Source of the DNA: a candidate division WOR-3 bacterium
GTDB lineage: Bacteria > Hydrothermota > 32-111
Reading direction: 5' to 3'
NCBI GenBank assembly: GCA_039804105.1
Contig: JBDRZU010000001.1
Span: 544,001 to 608,000, forward strand
Length of the DNA: 64,000 nucleotides
A program made the translations under genes and the position numbers. How positions within the stretch are numbered: the stretch's first letter is position 1; each line of letters opens with the position of its first letter. The notes beneath the pieces were generated by a model. The model ran no database searches. It saw only the letters and a list, made by a program, of their open reading frames with translations, and was not told where the DNA came from. Positions 13,488-24,300 of the stretch are shown one piece after another.

Positions 13488-16466
13488 TTAATCGGTTTTT
13501 ATTATGGCTCCTTTTCCTCTTTTACCATCAATCAAAACTTTTAAAGGTTTTTCAAATTCAAAATGTAATATTGTATCGTTCAATTTTTTGATATTTTTCT
13601 CTTTAAACAGAAGATCCCAATCGATAAAGGAATCCGATCTTTTATGGCTAAAAATAGTTAGATAGAACACATTCATCGTTACAACATTATGAAAAAAGTG
13701 TGATCCGAGTGAGGGTTCTATAAGCATATCTTTCATCTCGATCTCAACTATAACTTTCACATTTGAAATCGACGACCATAAAACAGGTATCCCTAAAAAT
13801 GGGTCCTTTGTTCCCCATCTACCTGGTCCTACGATTATGTATTTTTTACCTTTTTGTCCAAAATCTCTATTGATCTCTTCGATCAAAGGCACAAGTTCAA
13901 CACTTTTCATCCTATCAAATTTTTCAGGGTTTACAAGGATTATATCATTAATGTTATCTATAAAACCGTTCCCCATCGCATTATCGGAAAAGAAGAGAAT
14001 TTTTTCTCTTGGGATACTTTCAATATCAACTTCAACCTCTGAGTTTTTTCTGATGATGGGTTTTATCTGTAAGATATAAAAAGTCATCTTACGATTTTCA
14101 TCAGGGTTCAAATCAACAGCAAACTCTATTTCACAGGGAGATCCAATAGCGAATTTTATAATCGCACTTACCTGATTCAATATTTTTGAGAGAGGGAAAT
14201 ATTCATATTTGATTATTGAGTTGAAGTTTATCACAAGTGGACCTTTCGCAGAAAGATCATCAGTCAAAGTCCCATTGAAAACATCAAGTACAGATCCAAT
14301 ATAGTTTAAACTTCCATTTTCCCTCGCAACATTTATATCTACAAGTTCAAGGGTTGAATTGTCACCTTCAATAAGATTAAAATTTTTTCTATCACCAAGG
14401 TTTATAGCATAAAAGAATTTTTGTGTTTTGTTGTTTATGTTTATATCGATTTCAGGATATTTGGGACAGAACCTAAAAGAATCGTTTCCATCGATAACAT
14501 ATTTGCCAAGTCCAACAGCAACCTCACATATACCATCCTCTCTTTTAAGATGGGAAATCGGATAATAGTTATCCGACTGCATAACACCTGAAAAAGATGG
14601 ATAATAATATTTCCCGTAATTATGTCCAACAACTTCCTGAATTATGACAGCCATCTTTTCCTCTTCAATCTTGTAATTTATCGCGTTAAAATATGCCCTT
14701 GCTGATGGTGAGAATACAGAAGAGAAAACAAGTTTTATAGCATCCTCAACATCCTTCATCCTCTTCTCAAAGTCGTCATCGTTGTTAGGAAGCATATATG
14801 TTTCAAAAACTCCCGAAAATGATTGGGAGATTGAATCTTCAAACAAACTTGAAGATCTTATCGCTATTGGTCTTGTAAAACTTTTTAGTTTTTTTCTTAA
14901 CTTGTACAAAAGTTCATTTGATAATTTCCCTTTTAAGAATCTCTTTCGCAATTTATTGTAATCGTTTTCCCTTAAAATGTAATAGGACAGATTGTTTTTC
15001 TCTATAAAGTTTGAAAATTCTTCAGAACCTATAAGCATAGTTTTTGGAACAGTTATTTTTACATTTTCAAATGAATTAAAAATATCGGTGTTTTGAAGAA
15101 TATTGTTTACAAAAGCGATTCCTCTTCCCTTTCCCCCAAGAGTTCCATCAGCAATTTGAACTATCACCTGTTCATCTTTTTTTAGATTTTCAGAATATTT
15201 TACAACTTTTCCCTTTATCGATTCCTTATCAATATCAAGTGTTATATCTATAAGATATTTTCTCAACTCCTCTATCGATTTAAAATCTGAAACTTTCAAT
15301 TTCTGTAATTTTTTTGCTATTTTGATCTCACCTCTTGCCATAAGCCATGCTGAGAACTGGTTTAAATTCGCATGGAAAACTAAAGATTCCGATGGAATTG
15401 TTAAAAGAATTTTTCTGAAAGTTTCAATGTTGCTCGCTTTGACTATTTCCTGACCTTTTCTATCCTTAAAAACGAATGAACCAAAGCCAAGGTTGTTGAA
15501 AATAAAATTTCTTAACTCTTGACTCAATTTATCACTGTTTTTGTTTATGAATGGGACTTTCAACTCTTTCGCTTTTTTTAAATTTTCCTTTTCAAAAGAT
15601 TGTAAAAGACATGGTAGTTCAGGCATCGATTCCTTTACAAACTTAATAAGTTCATAACCTGCATTATAGTTTGTTGCATTGTTTTTTGGAAATTTCATAT
15701 CTGAGATCACAGTTAAAAGATTCTCTCTATACTTTTCAAAATAAAAAATTGCATCCTCATAATTCGTTGCAATTATTACTTTTGGTCTTGCTCTCAAACG
15801 GAGTAGTTTTTTCATATCATCAAGTTTTTCCTGTATTATCAAACGCTGCGTCTGTTTTAGAATCTCAGTGTAAAGTATTGGAAGGTACCTCGATATATAC
15901 CTTATAGAATCTTCAACAAGGAGTATAACTCTCACATTTCCTATCAGAGTGTCCCTTTCGATGTTCTTTTTGTCCTCAACATATTTTATCATAGCAAGAA
16001 AAACTTTTGAATCACCGTTCCATACAAAAACAAGGTCCTTATCCTTATCTTTTTCGAGTTGATCTTTAATCAGTGGTATCTCTCCGTTGTCATTTAACAG
16101 TATAACTATCGGTATATCTTTGTTAATACTTCTTATCTTTTCTTTTAACTGGTAGGGAGACATTCCATCAATCCTCATTGTCAAAATTACCATATCAAAA
16201 TGTTCTTTTTTTAACCATTCACATGCCTCTTCACCATTTATAGCATTTGTGACTCTCGGAGCATCGGGTAAGGAAAGTTTATGATACTCTCCAAAAATTC
16301 TTTCAGCTAACCTTCCCTCCTCTTCAAGGATGAAACCATCGTAAAATGTCGCAACGAGTAAAATCTCTTTGACTTTGAAAGTTGAAAGATCATGGAAAAT
16401 TTCAATGTTGTTTTTGTAGGATGTATAAGATTGAACAAACTTTTCAACTATCTGTTCCCTGTCCAT
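13488..16466 (-). CDS. Receiver-domain + PPDK_N (PEP-synthase ATP-grasp) protein
   Basis: Two REC-like regions (ILLVATFYD; ILLVEDS...ISDMKFP), then GGKGRG, AIRSSSLFEDS, MAVIIQEVVG, GLG and EIEFA. No recognisable pyruvate-binding TIM barrel. Confidence 0.85.
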   Translation of the reverse strand: MDREQIVEKFVQSYTSYKNNIEIFHDLSTFKVKEILLVATFYDGFILEEEGRLAERIFGEYHKLSLPDAPRVTNAINGEEACEWLKKEHFDMVILTMRIDGMSPYQLKEKIRSINKDIPIVILLNDNGEIPLIKDQLEKDKDKDLVFVWNGDSKVFLAMIKYVEDKKNIERDTLIGNVRVILLVEDSIRYISRYLPILYTEILKQTQRLIIQEKLDDMKKLLRLRARPKVIIATNYEDAIFYFEKYRENLLTVISDMKFPKNNATNYNAGYELIKFVKESMPELPCLLQSFEKENLKKAKELKVPFINKNSDKLSQELRNFIFNNLGFGSFVFKDRKGQEIVKASNIETFRKILLTIPSESLVFHANLNQFSAWLMARGEIKIAKKLQKLKVSDFKSIEELRKYLIDITLDIDKESIKGKVVKYSENLKKDEQVIVQIADGTLGGKGRGIAFVNNILQNTDIFNSFENVKITVPKTMLIGSEEFSNFIEKNNLSYYILRENDYNKLRKRFLKGKLSNELLYKLRKKLKSFTRPIAIRSSSLFEDSISQSFSGVFETYMLPNNDDDFEKRMKDVEDAIKLVFSSVFSPSARAYFNAINYKIEEEKMAVIIQEVVGHNYGKYYYPSFSGVMQSDNYYPISHLKREDGICEVAVGLGKYVIDGNDSFRFCPKYPEIDININNKTQKFFYAINLGDRKNFNLIEGDNSTLELVDINVARENGSLNYIGSVLDVFNGTLTDDLSAKGPLVINFNSIIKYEYFPLSKILNQVSAIIKFAIGSPCEIEFAVDLNPDENRKMTFYILQIKPIIRKNSEVEVDIESIPREKILFFSDNAMGNGFIDNINDIILVNPEKFDRMKSVELVPLIEEINRDFGQKGKKYIIVGPGRWGTKDPFLGIPVLWSSISNVKVIVEIEMKDMLIEPSLGSHFFHNVVTMNVFYLTIFSHKRSDSFIDWDLLFKEKNIKKLNDTILHFEFEKPLKVLIDGKRGKGAIIKTD

Positions 16467-16560
16467 AAAACCTCCAATAAATAATTATATATAAAAAACC
16501 ACTCAAAGTAAATAAACCAACTTCTATTGACAGATGTTTTTAAGACAATATATTTTAAGA

Positions 16561-17955
16561 ATGGAAAGAAAAAAAATTTTTAACGAGTTAAAAAAAATAA
16601 TAGCGGAAAACAGAATAATATACGATGAGCAATTACTTGAAAAATATACAACTGATGAATCAGGTGGGAAATTTTCGGTTCCGTTAGTTGCATGTCTGCC
16701 AGAGACCGAAGAAGAGGTTGTTGAAATAATTAAATTTTCCTATAAAGAAAAAATACCTGTGGTTCCACGGGGAAGAGGCACAGGACTTTCAGGTGGAGCA
16801 ATACCTGTAGTTCCATCAATAATAATTTCAACTGAACTGTTAAACAAAATAATAGAAATAGACAAAGAAAATTTTACTGTAAAAACACAACCAGGAATAA
16901 TCACAGGTGATCTAAAAAATAGTGTCGAAAAGTTTGATCTTTTCTATCCTCCTGACCCCGCATCTCTCGATTCCTGTTCGATCGGTGGTAATGTTGCAGA
17001 AAATTCAGGTGGACCTTCCGCTATTAAATATGGAACAACTAAGGACTATGTCAAAGGTATAAAAGTTATAACACCTAATGGGGAAATTTTAAAATTTGGT
17101 GGTAAGGTAAAAAAAAACGCAACAGGATACCATTTAAAAGATATATTCATCGGTTCGGAAGGAACTCTTGGGTTTATAACTGAAATAACACTATCCCTTC
17201 TCCCTTTACCAAAATACAGTATCGATCTTTTACTCGCTTTTGAAAAGATAGATCATGCGACAAACGCTGTTGTAAAGATAATACATTCAGGAATACTACC
17301 ATCGTCAATAGAATTTATGGAAAAAAAAGCACTCGAAGCAGCAAAAAAATTTCTTGAGAATCAGATGGCATCACAGAAAGGTGAGGCACAGATCCTTTTA
17401 AGAATCGATGGTTTTGAAAAAGATATAGTTAACAGAAATATAGAAAAAATAGATGCAATATCTTCGGATTTAAAATGTATTGATATACTCGTTGCTGAAG
17501 ACAAGAACTTTCAGGAAAAAATCTGGAAAGCAAGAAGATCACTACATGACGCCATGGTTATGATGTCGGTCAAAAGGGAAAGAGAGGATGTTGTGGTACC
17601 GATAAATTCACTTCCTGATCTTATAAAAAATATTCATAAAATAGAGGATAAATACAGAATACCAATAATAACTTTCGGTCATGCAGGGGATGGTAATGTT
17701 CATATAAACATTTTAAAACTTGATGAAAACGATAAAAATTTTGATCACAACATAGAGAATGTGTTAAAAGAGATAATGGAACTTGCTGTTAAACTTGATG
17801 GGAAAATATCAGGTGAGCATGGAATAGGTATCTATAAAAAGAAATTTATGAAACTCGTTTTCACCGATCAGGAAATAAAAATTCAAAAGGACATAAAAAA
17901 ACTTTTTGATCCAGAAAACCTTTTTAACCCAGGGAAAATATTACCAGATGATTAG
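16561..17955 (+). CDS. FAD-linked 2-hydroxyacid oxidase/dehydrogenase (GlcD/D-lactate dehydrogenase family)
   Basis: PRGxGTGLSGG, YPPDPAS, GSEGTLG, GHAGDGNVH, GEHGIG and FNPGK motifs. ATG 16561 preferred because ATG 16534 lies inside the promoter. Confidence 0.9.
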   Translation: MERKKIFNELKKIIAENRIIYDEQLLEKYTTDESGGKFSVPLVACLPETEEEVVEIIKFSYKEKIPVVPRGRGTGLSGGAIPVVPSIIISTELLNKIIEIDKENFTVKTQPGIITGDLKNSVEKFDLFYPPDPASLDSCSIGGNVAENSGGPSAIKYGTTKDYVKGIKVITPNGEILKFGGKVKKNATGYHLKDIFIGSEGTLGFITEITLSLLPLPKYSIDLLLAFEKIDHATNAVVKIIHSGILPSSIEFMEKKALEAAKKFLENQMASQKGEAQILLRIDGFEKDIVNRNIEKIDAISSDLKCIDILVAEDKNFQEKIWKARRSLHDAMVMMSVKREREDVVVPINSLPDLIKNIHKIEDKYRIPIITFGHAGDGNVHINILKLDENDKNFDHNIENVLKEIMELAVKLDGKISGEHGIGIYKKKFMKLVFTDQEIKIQKDIKKLFDPENLFNPGKILPDD

Positions 17956-18742
17956 AAAACTATTTTTCTTTTCATTTTTGATTTCAAATTTTTTATTTTC
18001 AAATCAAATCGGCTTTGATTACGACGATTTCAAAGATTCTTTTCAAAAATTGGTTCAATCGAGTTCTCAAAACATAACTATCCTTTCAAAGGATTTTACA
18101 GACAAAACTTTTTTAGAAATTTTAAAAGAAAACAAAAAATTAAAAAAGATTGTAATCCTTTCAAAAAGTTCAGTTACAAAAAAATATTCTCTCAAAGATT
18201 CTCTTTCAATCTTTGTTGATACAATACTTTTTGTTGAGGATTCACTTCTCGATTTCACGATAGTTTTCAATTCATCAAAAAATTTTATAGTTTGCAATAA
18301 GCCGATACAACCTAAAAAATATTCGAAAAATCTTTTTTTCATCAGTTCCTCTGATACCTCTATGTTTGAAAAAGTTTTGAAAAAGTTTATCAAAGTAAGA
18401 AAAAACTCTTTTTCGATAGATTCTATCTCAGATACTTTGAATTTTAACATGCTCTCAAAAAATTATAAAAAGTATGAAAATCAATGGATAAAATTCAAAG
18501 CGTATGTTGAAGATGTATACAAATCGAAAAAAAGTGATACCTATTTTATAAAGTTGAAAGGTGATAAAAATTTTACAATAGTTATTTTTGAAAGTTTAAG
18601 TAAAGAATTTTTGAAAAAAAATATAAACATACTCTACTTTAAAAATAAAAATGTTTATGTTGAAGGTTTTTTAAAATACGATACTAAATATGGATATGAA
18701 ATCATTCTCGAAAGATTCGAAAATATAAAAATTTTACAATGA
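17948..18742 (+). CDS. Exported hypothetical protein: possible degenerate PLD/Nuc-like domain + OB-fold
   Basis: Signal-like MIRKLFFFSFLISNFLFS; SSQNITILSKDFTDK resembles a PLD-nuclease N-terminus but no HxK motif follows; C-terminal FTIVIF...VYVEG...EIIL is OB-like. Confidence 0.45.
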   Translation: MIRKLFFFSFLISNFLFSNQIGFDYDDFKDSFQKLVQSSSQNITILSKDFTDKTFLEILKENKKLKKIVILSKSSVTKKYSLKDSLSIFVDTILFVEDSLLDFTIVFNSSKNFIVCNKPIQPKKYSKNLFFISSSDTSMFEKVLKKFIKVRKNSFSIDSISDTLNFNMLSKNYKKYENQWIKFKAYVEDVYKSKKSDTYFIKLKGDKNFTIVIFESLSKEFLKKNINILYFKNKNVYVEGFLKYDTKYGYEIILERFENIKILQ

Positions 18743-21301
18743 TCATTTTTTAAACATATTCTTTAAATTATCGATCATCTTATTCACACTTTCATTCGTC
18801 TTATCTTTAAGGTATTCTCCAACGGAATTATATTTTATCTTTATATCAGGTTTTGAGTATGTCCCACGTATCTCAAAGTCAACATAAATCTTATCGGAAG
18901 GATAGTTTGTCATTTCAAGGATCTTTTCAAGTAAACCTGTATCAGCGATATTCATATCGATGGTATATCTTCCCTTTATACTCATATTCCTGTTAAAATC
19001 TACAGTTCCACTGTAGAGAATAGAATGGCCATTTTTCTCCATCTCAAAATCATCGAATTTCACTTTTTGTGAATCTATTTCAAATTCACCATACATATCA
19101 TCAAAGTAAAATGTATCGGAAAGCGGCAAATTCAAAACGGATGAGATTTTTTCAATTATACCGGTGAAATGAACCCATCCACCTTTTGCAGTAATATCAA
19201 TTTTACCGTTCAAACTCTCCTTCACTTTATCCTGATAAAAGTTTAAATCAGATTTAACATCGACTTTCGCTCCCATATCGAAAGGAAGATATTTTTTTCT
19301 CTTCATAAAATCATCAATAAAAACTTTTTTACCTTCAAAATTAGAATTAATATATCCATCTTTTTTTGAATTGTAAACAAACTTTCCTCCTATTTTTCCT
19401 TTCAAAAAATCAGCATTAACTGGATCAACTGTTAGAATTCCATTTTCAACTTTAAGATTCAAAACTATATTCTCAAGAAATTCATCTTTAAAGTATAACT
19501 TTTTAACAAGAATCTTCAAATTTCCTTTCAGTCTATCGTCAATTTTTGGGGGTTTAGATTTACTCTTTTGATCACCATTTGGTACGGGCACAAAAAGTGA
19601 ATCATAGTTCAAATAATCAACGTTCACTTCACCAGAAAAATTTATCAAACTTTTACCATAATTGATATTTAAATTTTTGATTGTTCCAGAAACATTCTTT
19701 CCGTTAATCAGAAGATCTTTTAATTCAAAATTTTCTGCGAAGTTTTTAAATTTTGCTTCCTGTAGATTCAAATTCAAATTGTCGTTAATATTGGGGATTT
19801 TTACATTTTTTAACCTCAAACTGAAAAATCCTGAATTTTTTTTCTCTTTCAAAAAGAATTTTACATTTCCATTTATCTCCCCATCCCCTTTATAGTTTTT
19901 GAAAAATTTCTGAGCATTCAATGTTGACAGTGTTGATATTTCAAAAATTTGCTTTGAATAATCACCAGAAATCGATAATGTCCCATTTGTTTTGTCATCC
20001 TCAATCTTAGAGAAACCTTTTACTATACCTTTATCGGATGTTAGTTCTATCTGTTTTAAAACTAAATTAAAAGTATCATAATCGAGTTTTATAAAAGGAG
20101 AATTGAACTTTATATAACTTTTTAATAAAAGGGTATCAGGGTTTTTTATGTCCTTTTTATCACATAGAATTTTAAAGTTTATCTTTGCTTTACCTGAAAT
20201 TTTTACTTTCTTTTCCCTTATAAATCTTTCAGTATTTTTTAAGTTTACTCCTCCAAGATTTATAACAAGTTCAATGGTGTCATTAAAAAATTTTTGAGGT
20301 GTAAAAGTTATATCAATATCGGATGTATCTTCATTGAATGAAATATTCCCAAAAAATACAAGTTTATCAAATTGTTTGTTAAGAAGAGAATTTTCAAAAA
20401 TAGAAATACTATCATCCTTAAAATTAAATCCGAAAGATGAGAAATGTACTTCAAGTTCGTTTATAATTTTATCAACTTGTTTTGTAAAATCTTCCCCAAG
20501 AGAATATTCACCTTTTATAATACCCAGTGTGTTACCAAAAATATTCAAATGTTCATCCTTATAAAACATTTTAACAATCTTATCAAAGGATAATGTTTTG
20601 AAACTTAAAGAGTAATAAACCTTTTTGTCAGATTTTGTTAAATTTCCATCTATTTCAGCAAGTTGATTTTTCAGTGTTATCTTTTTTATTTCGATGGTTG
20701 AATCTATAACACCTTTTGCAGTTATTGAATTATTACTTAAATTGTTTCCTTTATAAGTAAAATCAAAATTTATGTTCGTTTCAAAATCAAAACTTTTATT
20801 GTAAGAGAACCTCAAAAAACCATCCAAATTCTTTAAACTGAAAGTATCATAGGTTATATTACCATTTCTGAAATATATGTTTGAGAAAATACTTATTCCA
20901 TCCTTTTTTTCGGAAAGATTTTCATCCGTTTTCTCTTCACTCTCCTTTTTTTGATTCTTAACAAGAATGTCAAAATCTGATATATCAACTCTTTTGAGTT
21001 CAAGTTCTTTTTTAAAAATTATCTTAAATGGGTTGAAACTCAACTTTACATTTTTTGATTTAACCGAAAAAAGTTCATTTTCTATCCAACTTTCTTTCAA
21101 AACTACAGAGGAAGTGAAGAATCCAAGATCATAGGATAATGTTTTTATCTGAACCAAAAATCCTGCTTTTGAAAGGTTCTGGTAAACTAAACTCTTTATC
21201 CTTTCTTCAGTCAAAAAATTTTTGATGATAAAAAATCCAATAGAGTAGATCACAACTATTAGAACCAATATGATTAAAACTATTTTAACTATTTTTTTCA
21301 T
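18743..21301 (-). CDS. AsmA-family bridge-like lipid transfer protein
   Basis: N-terminal TM anchor, long beta-rich body and AsmA-like C-terminal GTVDF...IRGTYSKP. Confidence 0.75.
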   Translation of the reverse strand: MKKIVKIVLIILVLIVVIYSIGFFIIKNFLTEERIKSLVYQNLSKAGFLVQIKTLSYDLGFFTSSVVLKESWIENELFSVKSKNVKLSFNPFKIIFKKELELKRVDISDFDILVKNQKKESEEKTDENLSEKKDGISIFSNIYFRNGNITYDTFSLKNLDGFLRFSYNKSFDFETNINFDFTYKGNNLSNNSITAKGVIDSTIEIKKITLKNQLAEIDGNLTKSDKKVYYSLSFKTLSFDKIVKMFYKDEHLNIFGNTLGIIKGEYSLGEDFTKQVDKIINELEVHFSSFGFNFKDDSISIFENSLLNKQFDKLVFFGNISFNEDTSDIDITFTPQKFFNDTIELVINLGGVNLKNTERFIREKKVKISGKAKINFKILCDKKDIKNPDTLLLKSYIKFNSPFIKLDYDTFNLVLKQIELTSDKGIVKGFSKIEDDKTNGTLSISGDYSKQIFEISTLSTLNAQKFFKNYKGDGEINGNVKFFLKEKKNSGFFSLRLKNVKIPNINDNLNLNLQEAKFKNFAENFELKDLLINGKNVSGTIKNLNINYGKSLINFSGEVNVDYLNYDSLFVPVPNGDQKSKSKPPKIDDRLKGNLKILVKKLYFKDEFLENIVLNLKVENGILTVDPVNADFLKGKIGGKFVYNSKKDGYINSNFEGKKVFIDDFMKRKKYLPFDMGAKVDVKSDLNFYQDKVKESLNGKIDITAKGGWVHFTGIIEKISSVLNLPLSDTFYFDDMYGEFEIDSQKVKFDDFEMEKNGHSILYSGTVDFNRNMSIKGRYTIDMNIADTGLLEKILEMTNYPSDKIYVDFEIRGTYSKPDIKIKYNSVGEYLKDKTNESVNKMIDNLKNMFKK

Positions 21302-24300
21302 CTTGAATCTCTCCAATAAATTTTAACAGATTTTTAATTTTTGTCTTATTTTTGCTTTCTATTGTATAAAAATCTTTCAAAACTTCAATAACGATATTTT
21401 TATCAAAATCTTTCACAACATTAGCAATAAAATCAACATCAAACATTTTTAACATAATATCAAAAAGATGTTTATAAAAATTTATAAAACCTCTTTTCTG
21501 AATAAGATTTTCCCTGTTGACCATTCCAGCACGAGCAATATATTTTTCAACTGTTGAAACACCTTTAAGAAGTGATATGTATCTAAGATTATCCTTTTTC
21601 AATTTCGTATAGAGGTCATCACTGATTTTTCTGATTATCAAAATATGTTCAAGAGATCCAATCCTTTCTCCAATCTTTTCGGCCTCTTTCAAAATATCCT
21701 CACAACTTGTAAAATCTTCTGTTAAAAGATAGAATCGAGAAAGTGATATATATGTTCTTAAAAGTGATAGTTTTGATTTTGTTTTCTGTGATATTTCAAA
21801 AGATTTTGATGATATTTCAGAGATGCTCTCTATATCCTGAGTTCTAATATGGATATCAGCAAGTGATGCTAAAATATCAGCAACAAGTATTTCATTATTA
21901 TTTTTTTCAGCATATTCTAAAACATCGTTAGCAAGAATTTTCGCCTGTTCAAGTTGATTCTCCTCTATCAGAGTTTTTATAAGAGTAGAATAAAGGTTGA
22001 ACTCAAGTTCCTTTATTCCATATTTCTTTGCAAGGTTGATACCTTCAAGAACAAGTTCTTTTTCTTTTTCAAGGTAGGATTTTAAACCATTGATCTTTGC
22101 AAGTATATTCAAAGATATAATCTTTAAATCAACAAGATTGTTTTTTTCTATATAATCTTTGTTCGTTAAGATCATTTCTTCACTTTTTTCAAGATAACCT
22201 AAAAAGGATAGAAGATTGGCATAATTGAGGGAAGTGTATGTTTTAAGATGTTTGTGTGATGTTTTTTCGCACAGATTCAAACTTTTTTCATAGTACTCTT
22301 TTGATATTTCAAACTCACCTAAAAGGAAATTTATCTCTCCCATGTTTGAATATATCTCTGAAAGTCCCTTTAACTCTTCATATTTCTCAAAAATTTTTAT
22401 TGAAATTTGATAACTTTTAATAGCATCATCATATTTCCCTGTCAAAAACTTTATCGTTCCAAGATTGTTTTCGATCCTTGCTGTTTCTATTTCATCCTTT
22501 ACAATTAATGAAAGTTTTAAAGCTTCCTGATATAGTTTTTCAGCCTTCTCGTAATTCCCTGTCAAATCGTAAACAGTTCCAAGATTTATGAGTGAAAGAA
22601 GTTGCTTTTTTTTATCATTAATATCTTTGAAGAGATCGTAGGAAAGTTCAAAATATTTTTTTGCTTCATCGAATCTGTTCTGTTCCAAGTGTATTTTCCC
22701 TATATTAAGATACAAAGAACCAGTATCACTTTTGTTATTTTCCTTTATACTTATATCAAGTGAAAGATTATAATATTCAAGTGATTCTTCATACTTTCCT
22801 TCAAAAGATTTAAGTATTCCAAGTGAATTGTATATTTTTGATAAAATCTGTTTATTTTTTAAATTCAACGATTTTTTCAACGCTTCTTTGTATATCTCTT
22901 CAGATCTATTGTATTCACCTATTCGATCATATATCATCCCCTCAAGAAGGAGATAATCTATTTCCTTCTCCTCATTGTAAAGGAATATCTCTCTTTTTTC
23001 TTTTAAAAGTTCTAAAGCTCTATTAAACGATCCAGTATTTATCAAGACATTCACAACTTTTATCACAACAGGGATCATCCTATCAAATCTTTTTTCCCTT
23101 TCAAGCAAACTTATTGCATTGCTATAATTTTCAACAGATTGTTTGTACGAGAAAAGTTTTGAATCTAAATCTCCAACCTTTTCAAGGTAGAAGGATGCTT
23201 TTTCAAAATCATCACTTTTTGAATAATGGAAGGAAAGTTTTCTTAAAATTTCTTCATTTTTATCAAAATATTTTTTTTCTATATAATCTCCAATATTTTT
23301 ATGAAGAATTTTTCTTTTATCAAAAGAAAGTGAATTGTAAACCGACTCATAAAAAAGTTCTGATGAAAAATAGTATGTGTCCTTATCATAAAATTCCAAA
23401 AATCCTTTGTCTGTTAAAATTTTAAAACTCTCATCAACATCTTTTTGAGGAAAATTGAAATATTGAGTCACTTCACTCTTTTTAAACCTATAACCTAAAA
23501 CTGAGGTGTACTGGATCACTTTTTTATCACTCTCTTTCAAACTATCTATCTTTGAAACAAAAATTGATTTGAGTGAATCAGGTATAACTTTTTTTCCTTC
23601 CTCTTTTATAAAAAGATTACCGTCCTTTTCTTCAAGAAAATTTTTTTCGTTCAAAAATTTAAAAATCTCAACGAATTTTTTCGGGTTTCCTTCACTTCTT
23701 TTAAAAAGATACTCAATACCCTCTTCATCAAATCTCTTTGAACTTTTTATTTCAACGAGTTCTTTAAAATTTTCAAAATCAAGTGAACCAAGAACAACCT
23801 TATCTGTAAAATTAAAATCTATATTTTCTTTCGAACTGATAATTGTTGAAAAATTCTTTCTTTCTAAAAGATTGTTAAAAAGTTTCAAAAATATGTTTTT
23901 TGAATGGTCATCAAAAAGATCAAAATCATCTATTAAAAAAAGAGTTTTCTCTGAACCAATCGATTTTTCGAGAAACCTTTTTGAGGTCTCAAAAACCTTT
24001 AAATTAAAAACTTTTTCATCATTATTAGAATCAACCAATCCAAAAAGAAGATAAAAACCATCCCTTTCATCAGGTAAAAGGGAATTATCTATTTTGTTTT
24101 TTATCAATTCAACTGAATCGGTTTCATCTATTTTTAACTGTCCTTCAACAAAATCTTTGAGTTTCTTGAAGGGAATATTTTGAAAAAATGTTTGGCCGCT
24201 CAATTGAAATATTTTTACATTTTTCCTATCAAATTTATCAAAAAGAAGTGAGCAATATTTTGTTTTTCCACATCCCTCATCACCTTTTATGAAGAGTGAA

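Noticed and set aside
13488..16466. Canonical PEP synthase ppsA
   Set aside because: Lacks the GGxTxHAA motif and the pyruvate-binding barrel, and has receiver domains instead.
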